Part shown: piece after piece, positions 20,337-29,860 of the stretch | How positions within the stretch are numbered: the first letter of the stretch is position 1 | How the letters are laid out: the number at the start of each line of letters is the position of its first letter | DNA from: a virus | Taxonomy: Duplodnaviria; Caudoviricetes | Virus record (IMG/VR): IMGVR_UViG_3300020576_001287 | Coordinates: 16,489 to 80,488 of that record | Length of the DNA: 64,000 nucleotides | Direction: 5' to 3' (one strand) | The notes under the pieces: model-generated | The model's input: the letters and a program-made list of their open reading frames with translations, nothing else | What the model was told of the DNA's origin: nothing | Databases searched by the model: none | Program-made: the position numbers and the translations under genes

Positions 20337-21341
20337 ATGATGTTATTTGATCCACATAGAGTTTACCAATACTTCAAAGACCGGTATGTACTTGGTAAGA
20401 AGTCTCCTAAAGGTTGGTTCCCTTTTACTTGCCCGTTTTGTGGGGGCGAGAAGAAAATGGCGGTTAACATAGAATGGGGCTATACTAAGTGTTGGTCTTG
20501 TGGAGCTGCTTCCAATGTTTGCACATTTGTAGAGGAGACAGAGGGGGTAACATACTACGAAGCAAAAAGGATATTGTGGAATGTTACACCATCTACATTA
20601 GACCTTGAATTAATAGAGGGTATCGCAAGTTACACAGAGGAGGTTACAGACATTACTTTACCCAATGGTTGGCAGAGTATACTAGACGGGCAGGGTGTGA
20701 TGGGGGATAGGGCAAGGAGGTACCTGGAGCGCAGGGGGTACGATTTAAAGCTACTTGATTTTAAAGGCTTCGGCTATTGTAATAAACATCACACAGAGTA
20801 TGAAAAAGATTTCTTCGGTTACATCATCGTTCCGTTTAAAAAAGATGGTAAGCTACAATATTATCTCGGAAGGGATTTTATTGGAAATGGTCTTAGGTAT
20901 AAAAATCCACCTTCTGCTTGGGTGGGAGTTGGTAAGGGGGAGGTGATATACAACGAGGAAGCTCTACATCTTTACAAGACAATATATACTGTAGAAGGGT
21001 GGTCGGATTCTGAGACTATTGGCAAGGCCGGTACTGCTACGTTGGGCTGGGCTTTTAGCAAGACCCAGCTAGACAAATACATGAAGTGCCATGCTAAAAA
21101 CATATTCTTTATACCCGATGCTGGTAGGGATAAGTCTTCAGGTATCACATACTACCAAAAAGCTGTGCAAACAGCTACACAGTTTCTAGACTCTGATAAA
21201 TCTGTATTTGTAGTTGACCTTAACCCGCTATCAGAGTTGGGCAAGGATATAAACGAAATAGGTTGGGGGGAGGTTAAAAAGATTTGTAAGGCTACCGAAA
21301 GATTGACTTGGGGTAGTGCAATGGCAGTTATAACAGGATAA
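20337..21341 (+). CDS. DNA primase (Zn finger + TOPRIM)
   Basis: CPFCGG...KCWSC; YTVEGWSDS; FIPDAG; KDINE. Confidence 0.9.
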   Translation: MMLFDPHRVYQYFKDRYVLGKKSPKGWFPFTCPFCGGEKKMAVNIEWGYTKCWSCGAASNVCTFVEETEGVTYYEAKRILWNVTPSTLDLELIEGIASYTEEVTDITLPNGWQSILDGQGVMGDRARRYLERRGYDLKLLDFKGFGYCNKHHTEYEKDFFGYIIVPFKKDGKLQYYLGRDFIGNGLRYKNPPSAWVGVGKGEVIYNEEALHLYKTIYTVEGWSDSETIGKAGTATLGWAFSKTQLDKYMKCHAKNIFFIPDAGRDKSSGITYYQKAVQTATQFLDSDKSVFVVDLNPLSELGKDINEIGWGEVKKICKATERLTWGSAMAVITG

Positions 21342-21350
21342 AAATATAAG

Positions 21351-21572
21351 ATGCAAAAATTAAGCTACAATCAGAAAGCAAGGTGTCAGGGGTGTTCGGC
21401 TTTACAAGCTGCCCCAGGCACCTACAGTTGTGCCCTAGGGTTACCCATTAAGTTTGTATTGGTAGAGGGGACAGCCACACAACCGGCACCAGATAACGTA
21501 AAGTGCTACAAACCTAAAAGTCCTACGCAATTAAATGCCGTTAGAGAAGCCCAAGCAAAGAATAATGCGTAA
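21351..21572 (+). CDS. Small Cys-rich hypothetical protein
   Basis: CxxC...C...C; coupled to neighbours. Confidence 0.55.
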   Translation: MQKLSYNQKARCQGCSALQAAPGTYSCALGLPIKFVLVEGTATQPAPDNVKCYKPKSPTQLNAVREAQAKNNA

Positions 21573-22446
21573 CCCAACTATCCATATAACGCTTAGTACC
21601 CTAACTGATGTGTTGGGTAAGATGGGTTCCAAGAACCCAGACAAAGTGGCTTTACGCATATTTACCTTGGCACACCCTTTTAATATAAAGGATAGATACC
21701 TAGTATCGTCTACTGCTGATGTACGTAAGAAAGTACTTCGATCAGTGGCTACTGCTAAACAAACAAGCATGACAGTACAGCGGTTCAACTTTATACTTAC
21801 TACATGCAGGATGGAAGTAGGACACCGGCACATAACTCCAATACGAGAGGGAGGCAGGGACATGAACATGCTAAAGGAGATATGTCAAATAGCTTGCGAG
21901 TTTTGTGCTAACACTAACATAGCCAACATAGAAGAGGGCTGTAAGACCTTTATACAATTGGGCCTACACAAGATGAAGCATAGTAACACGTATGGTCTCA
22001 ATAAGTTCAAGTATTATGAGAATGATATTTACAGAATGTATGAGTCGGCTGAAATGGTATCTAATGATCCTAAGCCCAGGCGTACCCGTAGGTTCTACAC
22101 CATATACCAAACGTTGCTTGCAGAGTACGCAGGCATAGACCGTGATTACTCTGATATAGAGTATTACGTTTGTTTTGTTTGCGCAAGGCTGGAAGCAGAG
22201 AGAGTCAAGGCAGACCCTGAAGATTGGCTACGTGCTCAATTTGAGGAGCTGGTAAAATGGGTAGATGCCATACCTACACCCAACCAGCTATTTAGTGACA
22301 ACGCTTTGAAGAGATACAACAGTTATTGTAAGTCAATAAAGAAAGCAGTGGTACCGGCAGAGGACGTTATAGACTGGGATAAGAGTAAGAATAGTTTTGA
22401 GCAGTTATACGCAGAGAAGATAAGAGGTAAATACGCAGAAGCATAA
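21565..22446 (+). CDS. Hypothetical replication-module protein
   Basis: Long ORF between primase and SF2 helicase. Confidence 0.7.
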   Translation: MRNPTIHITLSTLTDVLGKMGSKNPDKVALRIFTLAHPFNIKDRYLVSSTADVRKKVLRSVATAKQTSMTVQRFNFILTTCRMEVGHRHITPIREGGRDMNMLKEICQIACEFCANTNIANIEEGCKTFIQLGLHKMKHSNTYGLNKFKYYENDIYRMYESAEMVSNDPKPRRTRRFYTIYQTLLAEYAGIDRDYSDIEYYVCFVCARLEAERVKADPEDWLRAQFEELVKWVDAIPTPNQLFSDNALKRYNSYCKSIKKAVVPAEDVIDWDKSKNSFEQLYAEKIRGKYAEA

Positions 22447-23933
22447 TGCAGCTAATAGTAGGTAACATAGTGACTCAGGCAGTGATAGGCGGTACAGACC
22501 ACCTACGGGGAGATGTGTACAAGATGCTGAGGGAGCTGCTTAGGGTACGGCCTAATAACTACGGGCAGATACTTATGACTATGAAGCGTAGGGGTAATGC
22601 GCATGGATGGGATGGGTACACTTATTTCATAAATAAAAAGGGCATGTTCCCTACAGGTTTCCTACCTCAAATATTAAACTTCTGCTTACAAAATACCATT
22701 AAAGTAACTTTAGTGGATAATCGTAAGAACGTTCCGGTATTGAAAGACCGGATTAACATACGCACCCCTAAATTTAAACTGGCAGAGCATCAAATAAATA
22801 TGCTGCTGTCTTTGGATAAAATTGTTGAGGTAGGTAATCACAGTATATATTTTCCTAGGGGGACATGGAAAGCAGCTACCAACTCCGGTAAGACTGCGGT
22901 ATTTGGTAGCGTGGTTAAAAATGTAGTGTCTCCCTGTGCTTTGTTACTGGTAGCCGATCAAGGGTTAATGCGACAGCACTATGAATACTACTCTACGGTG
23001 TTTACTAAGCCTGGTGACGTAGCCTGTATAAAGAGTGACAGCTACAGCATAGGAAATATACTTACAATAGCTATGGTTAAGACCCTGCGCAACCGGTTAA
23101 AGAAAAGCCCTACGGTACAGCGTGATCTTAACAACAAATTCAACATACTAGGGGTAGACGAGAGCCATGAGTTTAGTGCAAGGGATGGGCTGTATGTAAT
23201 TAATCATATCAATGCGGGTATGAGAATATTCATGTCAGGCTCTCCGTTTGATATGGCAGATAAGGTTTCTAAGCTACGCTTGGTTGGCATGTCTGGGGCC
23301 ACTATATGCACTGTGTCTAAACGTTACCTTATGGATAATGGGTTTAGCATGATACCTAAAGTCAGGGTATACCTTAACCCTACCCGCAGCCTACACACGG
23401 CTTATCTACATGAGTTTGAAGACTGTGTAATAGCCTCGGAGCAGAGGGCAGAATTGATAGCCGATATTATCATGAAGCGTAGAAGTAAAAAGATAATGAT
23501 AACCTTCAACTTTGAACGACATGGTAGGTTAATGTACGAGACATTTTGTAGCCGTTATCCATCTTTAGCCTACCTTGCTGATTGGGTACATGGTGATGAC
23601 CCAGACCGTAACCAAAAGGTACAGGATTTCATGGATGACGAAATAAGGATACTATTCAGCTCTACTATACTTCAGCAAGGTTACAACTTTCCAGATGTAC
23701 AGGTAGTTATAAATGCAATGGGGGGTAAGGCCATGATTCCACTTAACCAGTGGATGGGTAGAGGGGAGAGACTAGACGGAGTTAACAAGTACTTTGAGTG
23801 GATAGAAATATTTGACCAGGGTAAGTATATGACCAAGCATAGTAAGCAGCGCATACGGTTTTTGGTTAAGGAAGATTTGCCGGAACCTATAAGATTTATG
23901 TACAACAATAAACGGGGTGTGCCCATAAAATAA
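22446..23933 (+). CDS. Superfamily 2 helicase (UvsW / DEAD-like)
   Basis: ATNSGKT, VDESH, SGSP, QWMGRGER motifs. Confidence 0.9.
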   Translation: MQLIVGNIVTQAVIGGTDHLRGDVYKMLRELLRVRPNNYGQILMTMKRRGNAHGWDGYTYFINKKGMFPTGFLPQILNFCLQNTIKVTLVDNRKNVPVLKDRINIRTPKFKLAEHQINMLLSLDKIVEVGNHSIYFPRGTWKAATNSGKTAVFGSVVKNVVSPCALLLVADQGLMRQHYEYYSTVFTKPGDVACIKSDSYSIGNILTIAMVKTLRNRLKKSPTVQRDLNNKFNILGVDESHEFSARDGLYVINHINAGMRIFMSGSPFDMADKVSKLRLVGMSGATICTVSKRYLMDNGFSMIPKVRVYLNPTRSLHTAYLHEFEDCVIASEQRAELIADIIMKRRSKKIMITFNFERHGRLMYETFCSRYPSLAYLADWVHGDDPDRNQKVQDFMDDEIRILFSSTILQQGYNFPDVQVVINAMGGKAMIPLNQWMGRGERLDGVNKYFEWIEIFDQGKYMTKHSKQRIRFLVKEDLPEPIRFMYNNKRGVPIK

Positions 23934-24367
23934 TGAGAGTAACTAAAGACAAAAACATACATACAGTGGATATAAGCAAACCCCTGAATAAAAAAGAATT
24001 GCTGGCCTCAGTAGCTGCTGATGACTGTTATACAAGGGAGTGGAAGCCTGATGACAGATTATGTGTATTGTGTGCCAGCAACACCATTTGCGGTATCTTA
24101 TACAACCACCGGCAGAACAAGAGAATCAAGAAGATGGAAAAAGAGGAGGGGGGTTTCTTAGATAGCTCTGACTTTGATGGGATAGACAGGGAAGCCCTAA
24201 TAGAGTGGTTAAAGGTGGAACAGAGAACAACACTACAGCTAATAGCACACGTACAGGAGCTTAGTGATTGCCCAGATGAAAAGACAGTACAGTACTGGTG
24301 CCGGTCTTTTATACTTGAAACAAAAGGCATAGGTACTAAAGAGGGTAAAGTAATTGTAAAATTATAA
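23933..24367 (+). CDS. Hypothetical protein, possible Zn-binding
   Basis: C...CxxC....C; coupled ORF. Confidence 0.6.
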   Translation: MRVTKDKNIHTVDISKPLNKKELLASVAADDCYTREWKPDDRLCVLCASNTICGILYNHRQNKRIKKMEKEEGGFLDSSDFDGIDREALIEWLKVEQRTTLQLIAHVQELSDCPDEKTVQYWCRSFILETKGIGTKEGKVIVKL

Positions 24368-24372
24368 CTGGT

Positions 24373-24600
24373 ATGAACAGAGCAATAGATAATCAAAAGC
24401 CTATGGATTTGGAGAACCCAATTCCATTAAACAGTATTACAGAGTATTTAGGAGCTTGTGCTACGTATAAGATTCTGATGCTTAAAAAGGCTTCCGTAGT
24501 GGTGCCCGATCCTGCTGAAGACGAGGTAAAGCAGTGTCTTAAAAGGATACAAAACTTTGAAGAGCTACACTTTAACAACAGGCCACTAGGTAGAATATGA
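24373..24600 (+). CDS. Hypothetical protein
   Basis: Coupled ORF. Confidence 0.5.
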   Translation: MNRAIDNQKPMDLENPIPLNSITEYLGACATYKILMLKKASVVVPDPAEDEVKQCLKRIQNFEELHFNNRPLGRI

Positions 24601-24959
24601 TAAAGGTTATTATAGCCGGAGGCAGGGACTTTGATAATTACCAGGCACTGGAAGCAAAGTGCGATAAGTACTTATGCAATGTAGCTAAGACAGAGAGAAT
24701 ACAGATAGTGTGTGGTGAGGCAAATGGGGCAGACAAGTTGGGTAAACGTTATGCTAAGAATAGAGGATATAGCGTTAAGCTGTTCCCAGCTAATTGGGAT
24801 TTGTTCGGGCCTGCGGCTGGGCCATTGCGTAATGGGGAAATGGCAGACTATGCTAGTGTACTTATAGCCTTTTGGGATGGTAAGTCAAAGGGTACAGCCG
24901 ATATGATAAGACAAGCCAAGATAAATAAGTTAATCGTTAGAATCGTAAAATACAGATGA
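24597..24959 (+). CDS. SLOG-family (YspA / DUF2493-like) protein
   Basis: KVIIAGGRDF...GEANGAD...AGPLRNGEMA...AFWDGKSKGT. Confidence 0.9.
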   Translation: MIKVIIAGGRDFDNYQALEAKCDKYLCNVAKTERIQIVCGEANGADKLGKRYAKNRGYSVKLFPANWDLFGPAAGPLRNGEMADYASVLIAFWDGKSKGTADMIRQAKINKLIVRIVKYR

Positions 24960-27082
24960 GCATTAATGATTTAAGAAACCCATCATGCAGGGCTTGTGGG
25001 CTACGTAGGGACTGTAAGACTATCTGCAACATGGGTGTAGATGACTTGATAAGCGTAGAGCCGGAATTGGGGGCTATGATGGTTATAAGTGATTACCCAG
25101 CTTTAGAGGATGATGCTAACGGTACAGTAGGGCAATCATCTAAAGAGGAATTATTTTGGTCTGTAGCTAAAGAAGTGGTAAGGGTAAATACGGACTACAT
25201 ATACTTTACCTACGTTAATAAGTGTATGCCCAGGGAATCCCACAAGGTGACTGATGATGAGTTGTTTGCCTGTGCTTCTACGTACCTGAGAAAAGAAATT
25301 AAGCGTGTGCGCCCAAAGGTTATACTTCTTATGGGGGCACACGCTATGAAAGCTTTGGGCTTTAAAGGAATAGTGGGTAAGATGCGTGGACAGACCCATA
25401 CGCTCACATTCAAGTTTAATGGTGAACCTTTTGAAACTAAGGTAGTTATCACCCAATCCCCTGTGTACGTAAAGTACAATACCAGCGAGTTAAAAAACTT
25501 TGCCTCTGACATAAATAAAGCCTGGGGAATATCCAACGGTAGCGAGGTGATGAGGGATTCACCGACTAAAGTAACTTTAATAACTAACCTACAAGAGGTA
25601 GAGGAGTTGATAGGTTACATACATGAAACCAAAGAATGTGCTTTTGACTTTGAAACCACCACACTAACGGACAGAGGTATATTTGATCCCAACTTTAAGG
25701 CTACGTTAATGGCTGTGTCTTTTCAGCATGGTTCGGCTTACACCATACCCTTGTTTCACTTTGATACCCCATTTACTGAGAAGCAAGTACTACACATTTT
25801 AAAAAGGTTTTCAGAAGAGGTGTGGATGAATAAAAGTATCAGGAAGATAAACCAAAATATAAAGTTTGATATGCACGTAGCGGCTCGTTACGGCTTTCCT
25901 GTTTTTAGAGGTAGGTTAGATTGCACTATGGTAATGCACACCCTGTATGATGATCTTACGCGACATGGTATAAAGGAATGGATACCTACATTCTTTCCGC
26001 AGTTTACCGGATGGGAATTAGAGATAAAAGGTAAGGAGTGGGAGAAGATACCGTTAAAGCAGTTATCAGACTATGCAGGGGTGGATACAGATGCTGCCTT
26101 ACGTGGTTGCACAGTACTGGAACAAAAGTTACTTGAAGACCCCCGTAGCTACCGAATATACCGTAACCTATCTGTGTTTGCTTTAACCACCTTGTATAAC
26201 ATGGAACGTAGGGGCATGTTGATAGGCAGAGGGGAGATTACAAAGTATGCAGCAAGGGCTGTAGACCTTTTGAAACAGCAGGTGGATATAATGAATAAAT
26301 ACCCACAGGTTAAACATTTTGTAAGCGAAGAGGCAGAGTTGGCAAAGCAGAAAGTATTAGTAGAGCTACGGGAAAAGAAATCCAGAGCAAAAGGCAAGCA
26401 GATAGACAAATATGCCGTTAAGATACGGGAAGTAAAGTCAGGGGCTATATCTGTTTACAAGGGTATAAATTTTGGTAGTACACAGCAGCTTGGGGAGTTG
26501 TTATACACAGATGCTGGGTTTAATTTCAGAGAGCCTTATGATAAGAAGAAAAAGAAAGCAGGTAAGGTTACGGGGGAGGCAGTACTAAAGAACCTTGGGG
26601 ATAAGACAGGCTTTATAACAGATGTTCTTGTATATCGTTCTATAAAAACTACCTGGAGCCGGTATTTAAAGGGGCTTGGGTTACTGATGGATGAGCATGA
26701 CAAGGTACATACCACTTTTAAACAAGCAGCAGCCCGTACAGGCCGTCTTGCGTGTGTAGGGGTAGATACATTAATACACACTAACATAGGGCATGTACGA
26801 ATAGGGGATTTAATACCGGAGTGTGAGGGTATTGATGAGTGTATGTTAGGTATAGAAGCACTAACACATACAGGAGAGTTTAAACCTATAACACATGTTA
26901 TAAACAAGGGAGAGGAGGAAATGTACAGAGTAGAGATGCACAGTGGGCAAATTATTGATTGTACCATGCAGCATATATTTTATACGGACATTGGTTGGAA
27001 AAGTCTGAAAGATATTTTAAATTCGCAAACAGAATGTAGAATATTTTATGAACTCACAGATTTATCCGACCCCGAAGTATGA
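24956..27082 (+). CDS. polA: DNA polymerase family A, N-terminal part (UDG-like + 3'-5' exonuclease + part of pol) fused to split-intein N-half
   Basis: AFDFETT, QNIKFD, YAGVDTD exonuclease motifs; TGRLA followed by CVGVDTLIHT (intein block A, Cys1 at 26753) and IDCTMQHIFYT (block B). Confidence 0.92.
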   Translation: MSINDLRNPSCRACGLRRDCKTICNMGVDDLISVEPELGAMMVISDYPALEDDANGTVGQSSKEELFWSVAKEVVRVNTDYIYFTYVNKCMPRESHKVTDDELFACASTYLRKEIKRVRPKVILLMGAHAMKALGFKGIVGKMRGQTHTLTFKFNGEPFETKVVITQSPVYVKYNTSELKNFASDINKAWGISNGSEVMRDSPTKVTLITNLQEVEELIGYIHETKECAFDFETTTLTDRGIFDPNFKATLMAVSFQHGSAYTIPLFHFDTPFTEKQVLHILKRFSEEVWMNKSIRKINQNIKFDMHVAARYGFPVFRGRLDCTMVMHTLYDDLTRHGIKEWIPTFFPQFTGWELEIKGKEWEKIPLKQLSDYAGVDTDAALRGCTVLEQKLLEDPRSYRIYRNLSVFALTTLYNMERRGMLIGRGEITKYAARAVDLLKQQVDIMNKYPQVKHFVSEEAELAKQKVLVELREKKSRAKGKQIDKYAVKIREVKSGAISVYKGINFGSTQQLGELLYTDAGFNFREPYDKKKKKAGKVTGEAVLKNLGDKTGFITDVLVYRSIKTTWSRYLKGLGLLMDEHDKVHTTFKQAAARTGRLACVGVDTLIHTNIGHVRIGDLIPECEGIDECMLGIEALTHTGEFKPITHVINKGEEEMYRVEMHSGQIIDCTMQHIFYTDIGWKSLKDILNSQTECRIFYELTDLSDPEV
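26753..27079 (+). mobile_element. Split intein N-fragment, 109 aa
   Basis: Starts with Cys after TGRLA; TxxH block B; ends at stop 27080-27082. Confidence 0.88.
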
Positions 27083-28043
27083 AATTGCTTATGCTTATGA
27101 TGGGCACAGGTTTAGGGATATGCGAATATTAACTAAAGAATACTTACAGGAAGTTTACGTAGACACAGGACTAACACGTAAACAAATGTTTAAAGAACTT
27201 AAAATAAGTGAACACATGTTACATTGCTCTTATATTCATTGGTATAGCGCAGAGGAAAGAAAAATTATAGGGGGTAGAAAAATAAGTGCCGCACAACGTA
27301 TAAATAACTCAAACAAAATTAATACAGGGGTACCTAGGGTACTTATACCAGTAGATGTTTTACAGGGGTATTTAGATGCCAAACACTCACTTGAAAAAAT
27401 GTCACGGTTATTAAACCTAGCACCGCAAACTATAAGGGCTAATCTTAAGCATCATAGGTTAATAGATCAGTTAGTTAAAATGGGGGTTCCTTACGAGAGG
27501 GTTATAGCAGCAAAAAGTTTAGATAGTTTTATAGGTACTAACATACTGCGAGGTTTAGAGGTGGTTAATGTAGACCTATTTTCAGAGGACGTTAAAGTTA
27601 CTTTACGTGACCTTGTGTATGCGGAGCAAGCTTTAACCAGTATGAAACACACTATAAAGCATATACGTACTGGGGTAATGGCAAGATTTGCAGCAAGAGG
27701 GGTGAAGCTTACAGATTATAAATTACCTGGAAGTACTCTTAATTCTACTGTCAAGTTGCTGCTAACAGAGTTAGGGTATGACGTAGTTGTAGAATTTGAA
27801 GTGCGGGGAAAGTTTTATGATTTTAAATTTAAGCGGTACAAGCTGTTGTTAGAAATAGATACTCCATATTACCATAATACAGAAGAGCAGTTGGATAATG
27901 ATAAATTAAAAACCAAGATAGCTAAAGAAAATGGTTATATGCTATTGCGGGTTTGTACGGACAAGAAAGATAAAAAAATAACTTTAAAAAGAAAACTAGA
28001 GGCATGTTTAGCACCACTACGATTAAAAAGATTACCCCAATAG
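27048..28043 (+). CDS. Free-standing Vsr / DUF559-like (EDxHD-type) putative homing endonuclease
   Basis: C-terminal EFEVRGKFYDF...LLEIDTPYYH...DNDKLK...GYMLLRV; HTH-like N-terminal segments; different frame from both pol halves. Confidence 0.8.
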   Translation: MNSQIYPTPKYEIAYAYDGHRFRDMRILTKEYLQEVYVDTGLTRKQMFKELKISEHMLHCSYIHWYSAEERKIIGGRKISAAQRINNSNKINTGVPRVLIPVDVLQGYLDAKHSLEKMSRLLNLAPQTIRANLKHHRLIDQLVKMGVPYERVIAAKSLDSFIGTNILRGLEVVNVDLFSEDVKVTLRDLVYAEQALTSMKHTIKHIRTGVMARFAARGVKLTDYKLPGSTLNSTVKLLLTELGYDVVVEFEVRGKFYDFKFKRYKLLLEIDTPYYHNTEEQLDNDKLKTKIAKENGYMLLRVCTDKKDKKITLKRKLEACLAPLRLKRLPQ

Positions 28044-28117
28044 GTGTAAGGACTGTAGCAGATATAACAGTAGCTGACAACCATAGTTATGTAGGTAATG
28101 GCATTGTGTCTCATAAT
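28004..28117 (+). mobile_element. Split intein C-fragment
   Basis: Blocks F/G ending His-Asn; +1 Ser at 28118. Confidence 0.9.
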
Positions 28118-29011
28118 AGTGAGACTCCAAACCTACAAAATATAACTACGCACGTTAAGATTAAGCACCCATTTGTAGAAGAGGTTACAACTTCTGTAAA
28201 GAAGTGTTTTCTTGTACCCAAGGGCTATACGCTTATTAACTGGGACTTTTCGCAGGCAGAGTTACGCATGATTGCCGACCTTGCAAATGAGGTTAACATG
28301 ATTGCAGCATACAAGGCCGGAGTGGACTTGCATAAGCTTACTGCATCTAAGCTTATGAAGATAACTTTAGAAGAGTTCTTACAGTTACCTAAAGTGGAGC
28401 AAGACGAATGGAGGCAGAAAGCAAAGGCAGCTAACTTCGGTTTGATATACGGACAATCTGCTGAGGGCTTTAAAGATTATGCTAAGAACACCTATGGGGT
28501 AAAGATGAATTTAAAAGAGGCCATAGAAATACATACGGCTTTCTTTGTAGCATACCCAGCCATACTACAATACCATGAAGATTACATAAACAAGCAGAAG
28601 CAGCATGGTTGTGTAAGAACGGTGTTTGGGCGTAGGGGCAGATACCCAGATGTAGATAGTGTAGATGACTTTTTGAGAGGTAATGCAGAACGTGAGTTGG
28701 TTAACTTTCCGGTACAGGGTAGCAATGGCGAGAATACAGTATTTGCATTAGCACTACTGGAAAGAAGGTTACCAAAGTCAGTACAATTAGTCAATACAGT
28801 ACATGATAGTATTATGGCGTATGTACCGGACAGGTTGGTACCATACGTTGTTAAGGTAGGTATAGATACTTGTGTTAATACCCCTATGCTTAGATTCTTT
28901 GGTAAGCAAATGAAACATCTTAGTATGGCTGTAGATGCTCAGTTTTCTAAAACAAATTGGAAAGCTTTAGAAAACTGGGACGAAGAAAAGTGGAGGGAAA
29001 GTATATGCTAG
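28004..29011 (+). CDS. polA: Split-intein C-half (38 aa) fused to the C-terminal DNA polymerase A domain
   Basis: ...DITVADNHSYVGNGIVSHN|S ETPNLQN; motif A WDFSQAELR, motif B RQKAKAANFGLIYG, motif C VHDS. Confidence 0.92.
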   Translation: MFSTTTIKKITPIGVRTVADITVADNHSYVGNGIVSHNSETPNLQNITTHVKIKHPFVEEVTTSVKKCFLVPKGYTLINWDFSQAELRMIADLANEVNMIAAYKAGVDLHKLTASKLMKITLEEFLQLPKVEQDEWRQKAKAANFGLIYGQSAEGFKDYAKNTYGVKMNLKEAIEIHTAFFVAYPAILQYHEDYINKQKQHGCVRTVFGRRGRYPDVDSVDDFLRGNAERELVNFPVQGSNGENTVFALALLERRLPKSVQLVNTVHDSIMAYVPDRLVPYVVKVGIDTCVNTPMLRFFGKQMKHLSMAVDAQFSKTNWKALENWDEEKWRESIC

Positions 29012-29799
29012 GTAAGTTAATATTTGGTGATTGTTTAAAGGTATTAAAGCTTATACCAGATGCCTCGGTAGATATGATATTTGCAGACTTACCCTACGGT
29101 ACCACAAAATGCAAATGGGATAGTTGCATAGACTTGGGCGAGCTTTGGATACAGTATAAAAGAATAATAAAAGCTAATGGGGCTATCTTGCTATTTGCTC
29201 AATTACCATTTGATAAGGTATTAGGGTGTTCTAATTTGGCTTGGCTTAGATACGAATGGGTGTGGGAGAAAACACAAGCTACGGGGCATCTTAATGCTAA
29301 GAAAATGCCTATGAAAGCGCACGAAAATATTTTAGTATTCTACGAAAATATGCCCATGTATAACCCACAGAAAACAACAGGACATAAGCCCATAAATACA
29401 CACTATAAACCAATACATGTGCAAAATAGAACAAAACTATACGGTAAGGCAACTAAGTCTTTATCAGGAGGCGGGGAAACAGACAGGTATCCAAGAGATG
29501 TACTAAAATTCAGTTCAGATAAACAAAAAATGAAGAGTACAGAATTTATACACTCTACGCAAAAGCCTTTAGCTTTGGTGGAGTATATGATACGAACATA
29601 TACAGTACCTGGTATGCTAGTTGTAGACAACACATGTGGTAGCGGAACTACTGGCGTGGCCTGTGTTAATACAGGTAACCCGTTTATACTTATTGATAAT
29701 GATATTGACGAGTATAGGAAAGCTAAGAAGAGAATACAAAAACATATAAATGGTACTGACGTGGTTTTTAAATGTCTTTTATTTGATAAAGTAACTTGA
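29005..29799 (+). CDS. DNA methyltransferase (N6-adenine / N4-cytosine, beta class)
   Basis: FADLPYG catalytic motif; HSTQKP; VVDNTCGSGTT SAM-binding motif. Confidence 0.9.
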   Translation: MLGKLIFGDCLKVLKLIPDASVDMIFADLPYGTTKCKWDSCIDLGELWIQYKRIIKANGAILLFAQLPFDKVLGCSNLAWLRYEWVWEKTQATGHLNAKKMPMKAHENILVFYENMPMYNPQKTTGHKPINTHYKPIHVQNRTKLYGKATKSLSGGGETDRYPRDVLKFSSDKQKMKSTEFIHSTQKPLALVEYMIRTYTVPGMLVVDNTCGSGTTGVACVNTGNPFILIDNDIDEYRKAKKRIQKHINGTDVVFKCLLFDKVT

Positions 29800-29809
29800 A
29801 TAAAATTTT

Positions 29810-29840
29810 GTTGTTTTGTAAAATTTTTTATTTACTTTTG
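29810..29840 (+). promoter_or_regulatory. Promoter GTTG-N19-TACTTTTG
   Basis: Bacteroidota consensus upstream of the SSB gene. Confidence 0.75.
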
Positions 29841-29860
29841 TTTAATTAAAATCAATAATC

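Noticed and set aside
26753-28117. One contiguous intein broken by sequencing errors, or a group I intron
   Set aside because: It would need two compensating frameshifts at the endonuclease borders; each ORF has its own start and overlap, and protein-splicing motifs are intact on both sides. Read-level confirmation is still advisable.
29005-29799. Methyltransferase as part of a restriction-modification or hypermodification system
   Set aside because: No adjacent restriction or base-modification genes; orphan MTases are common in phages.
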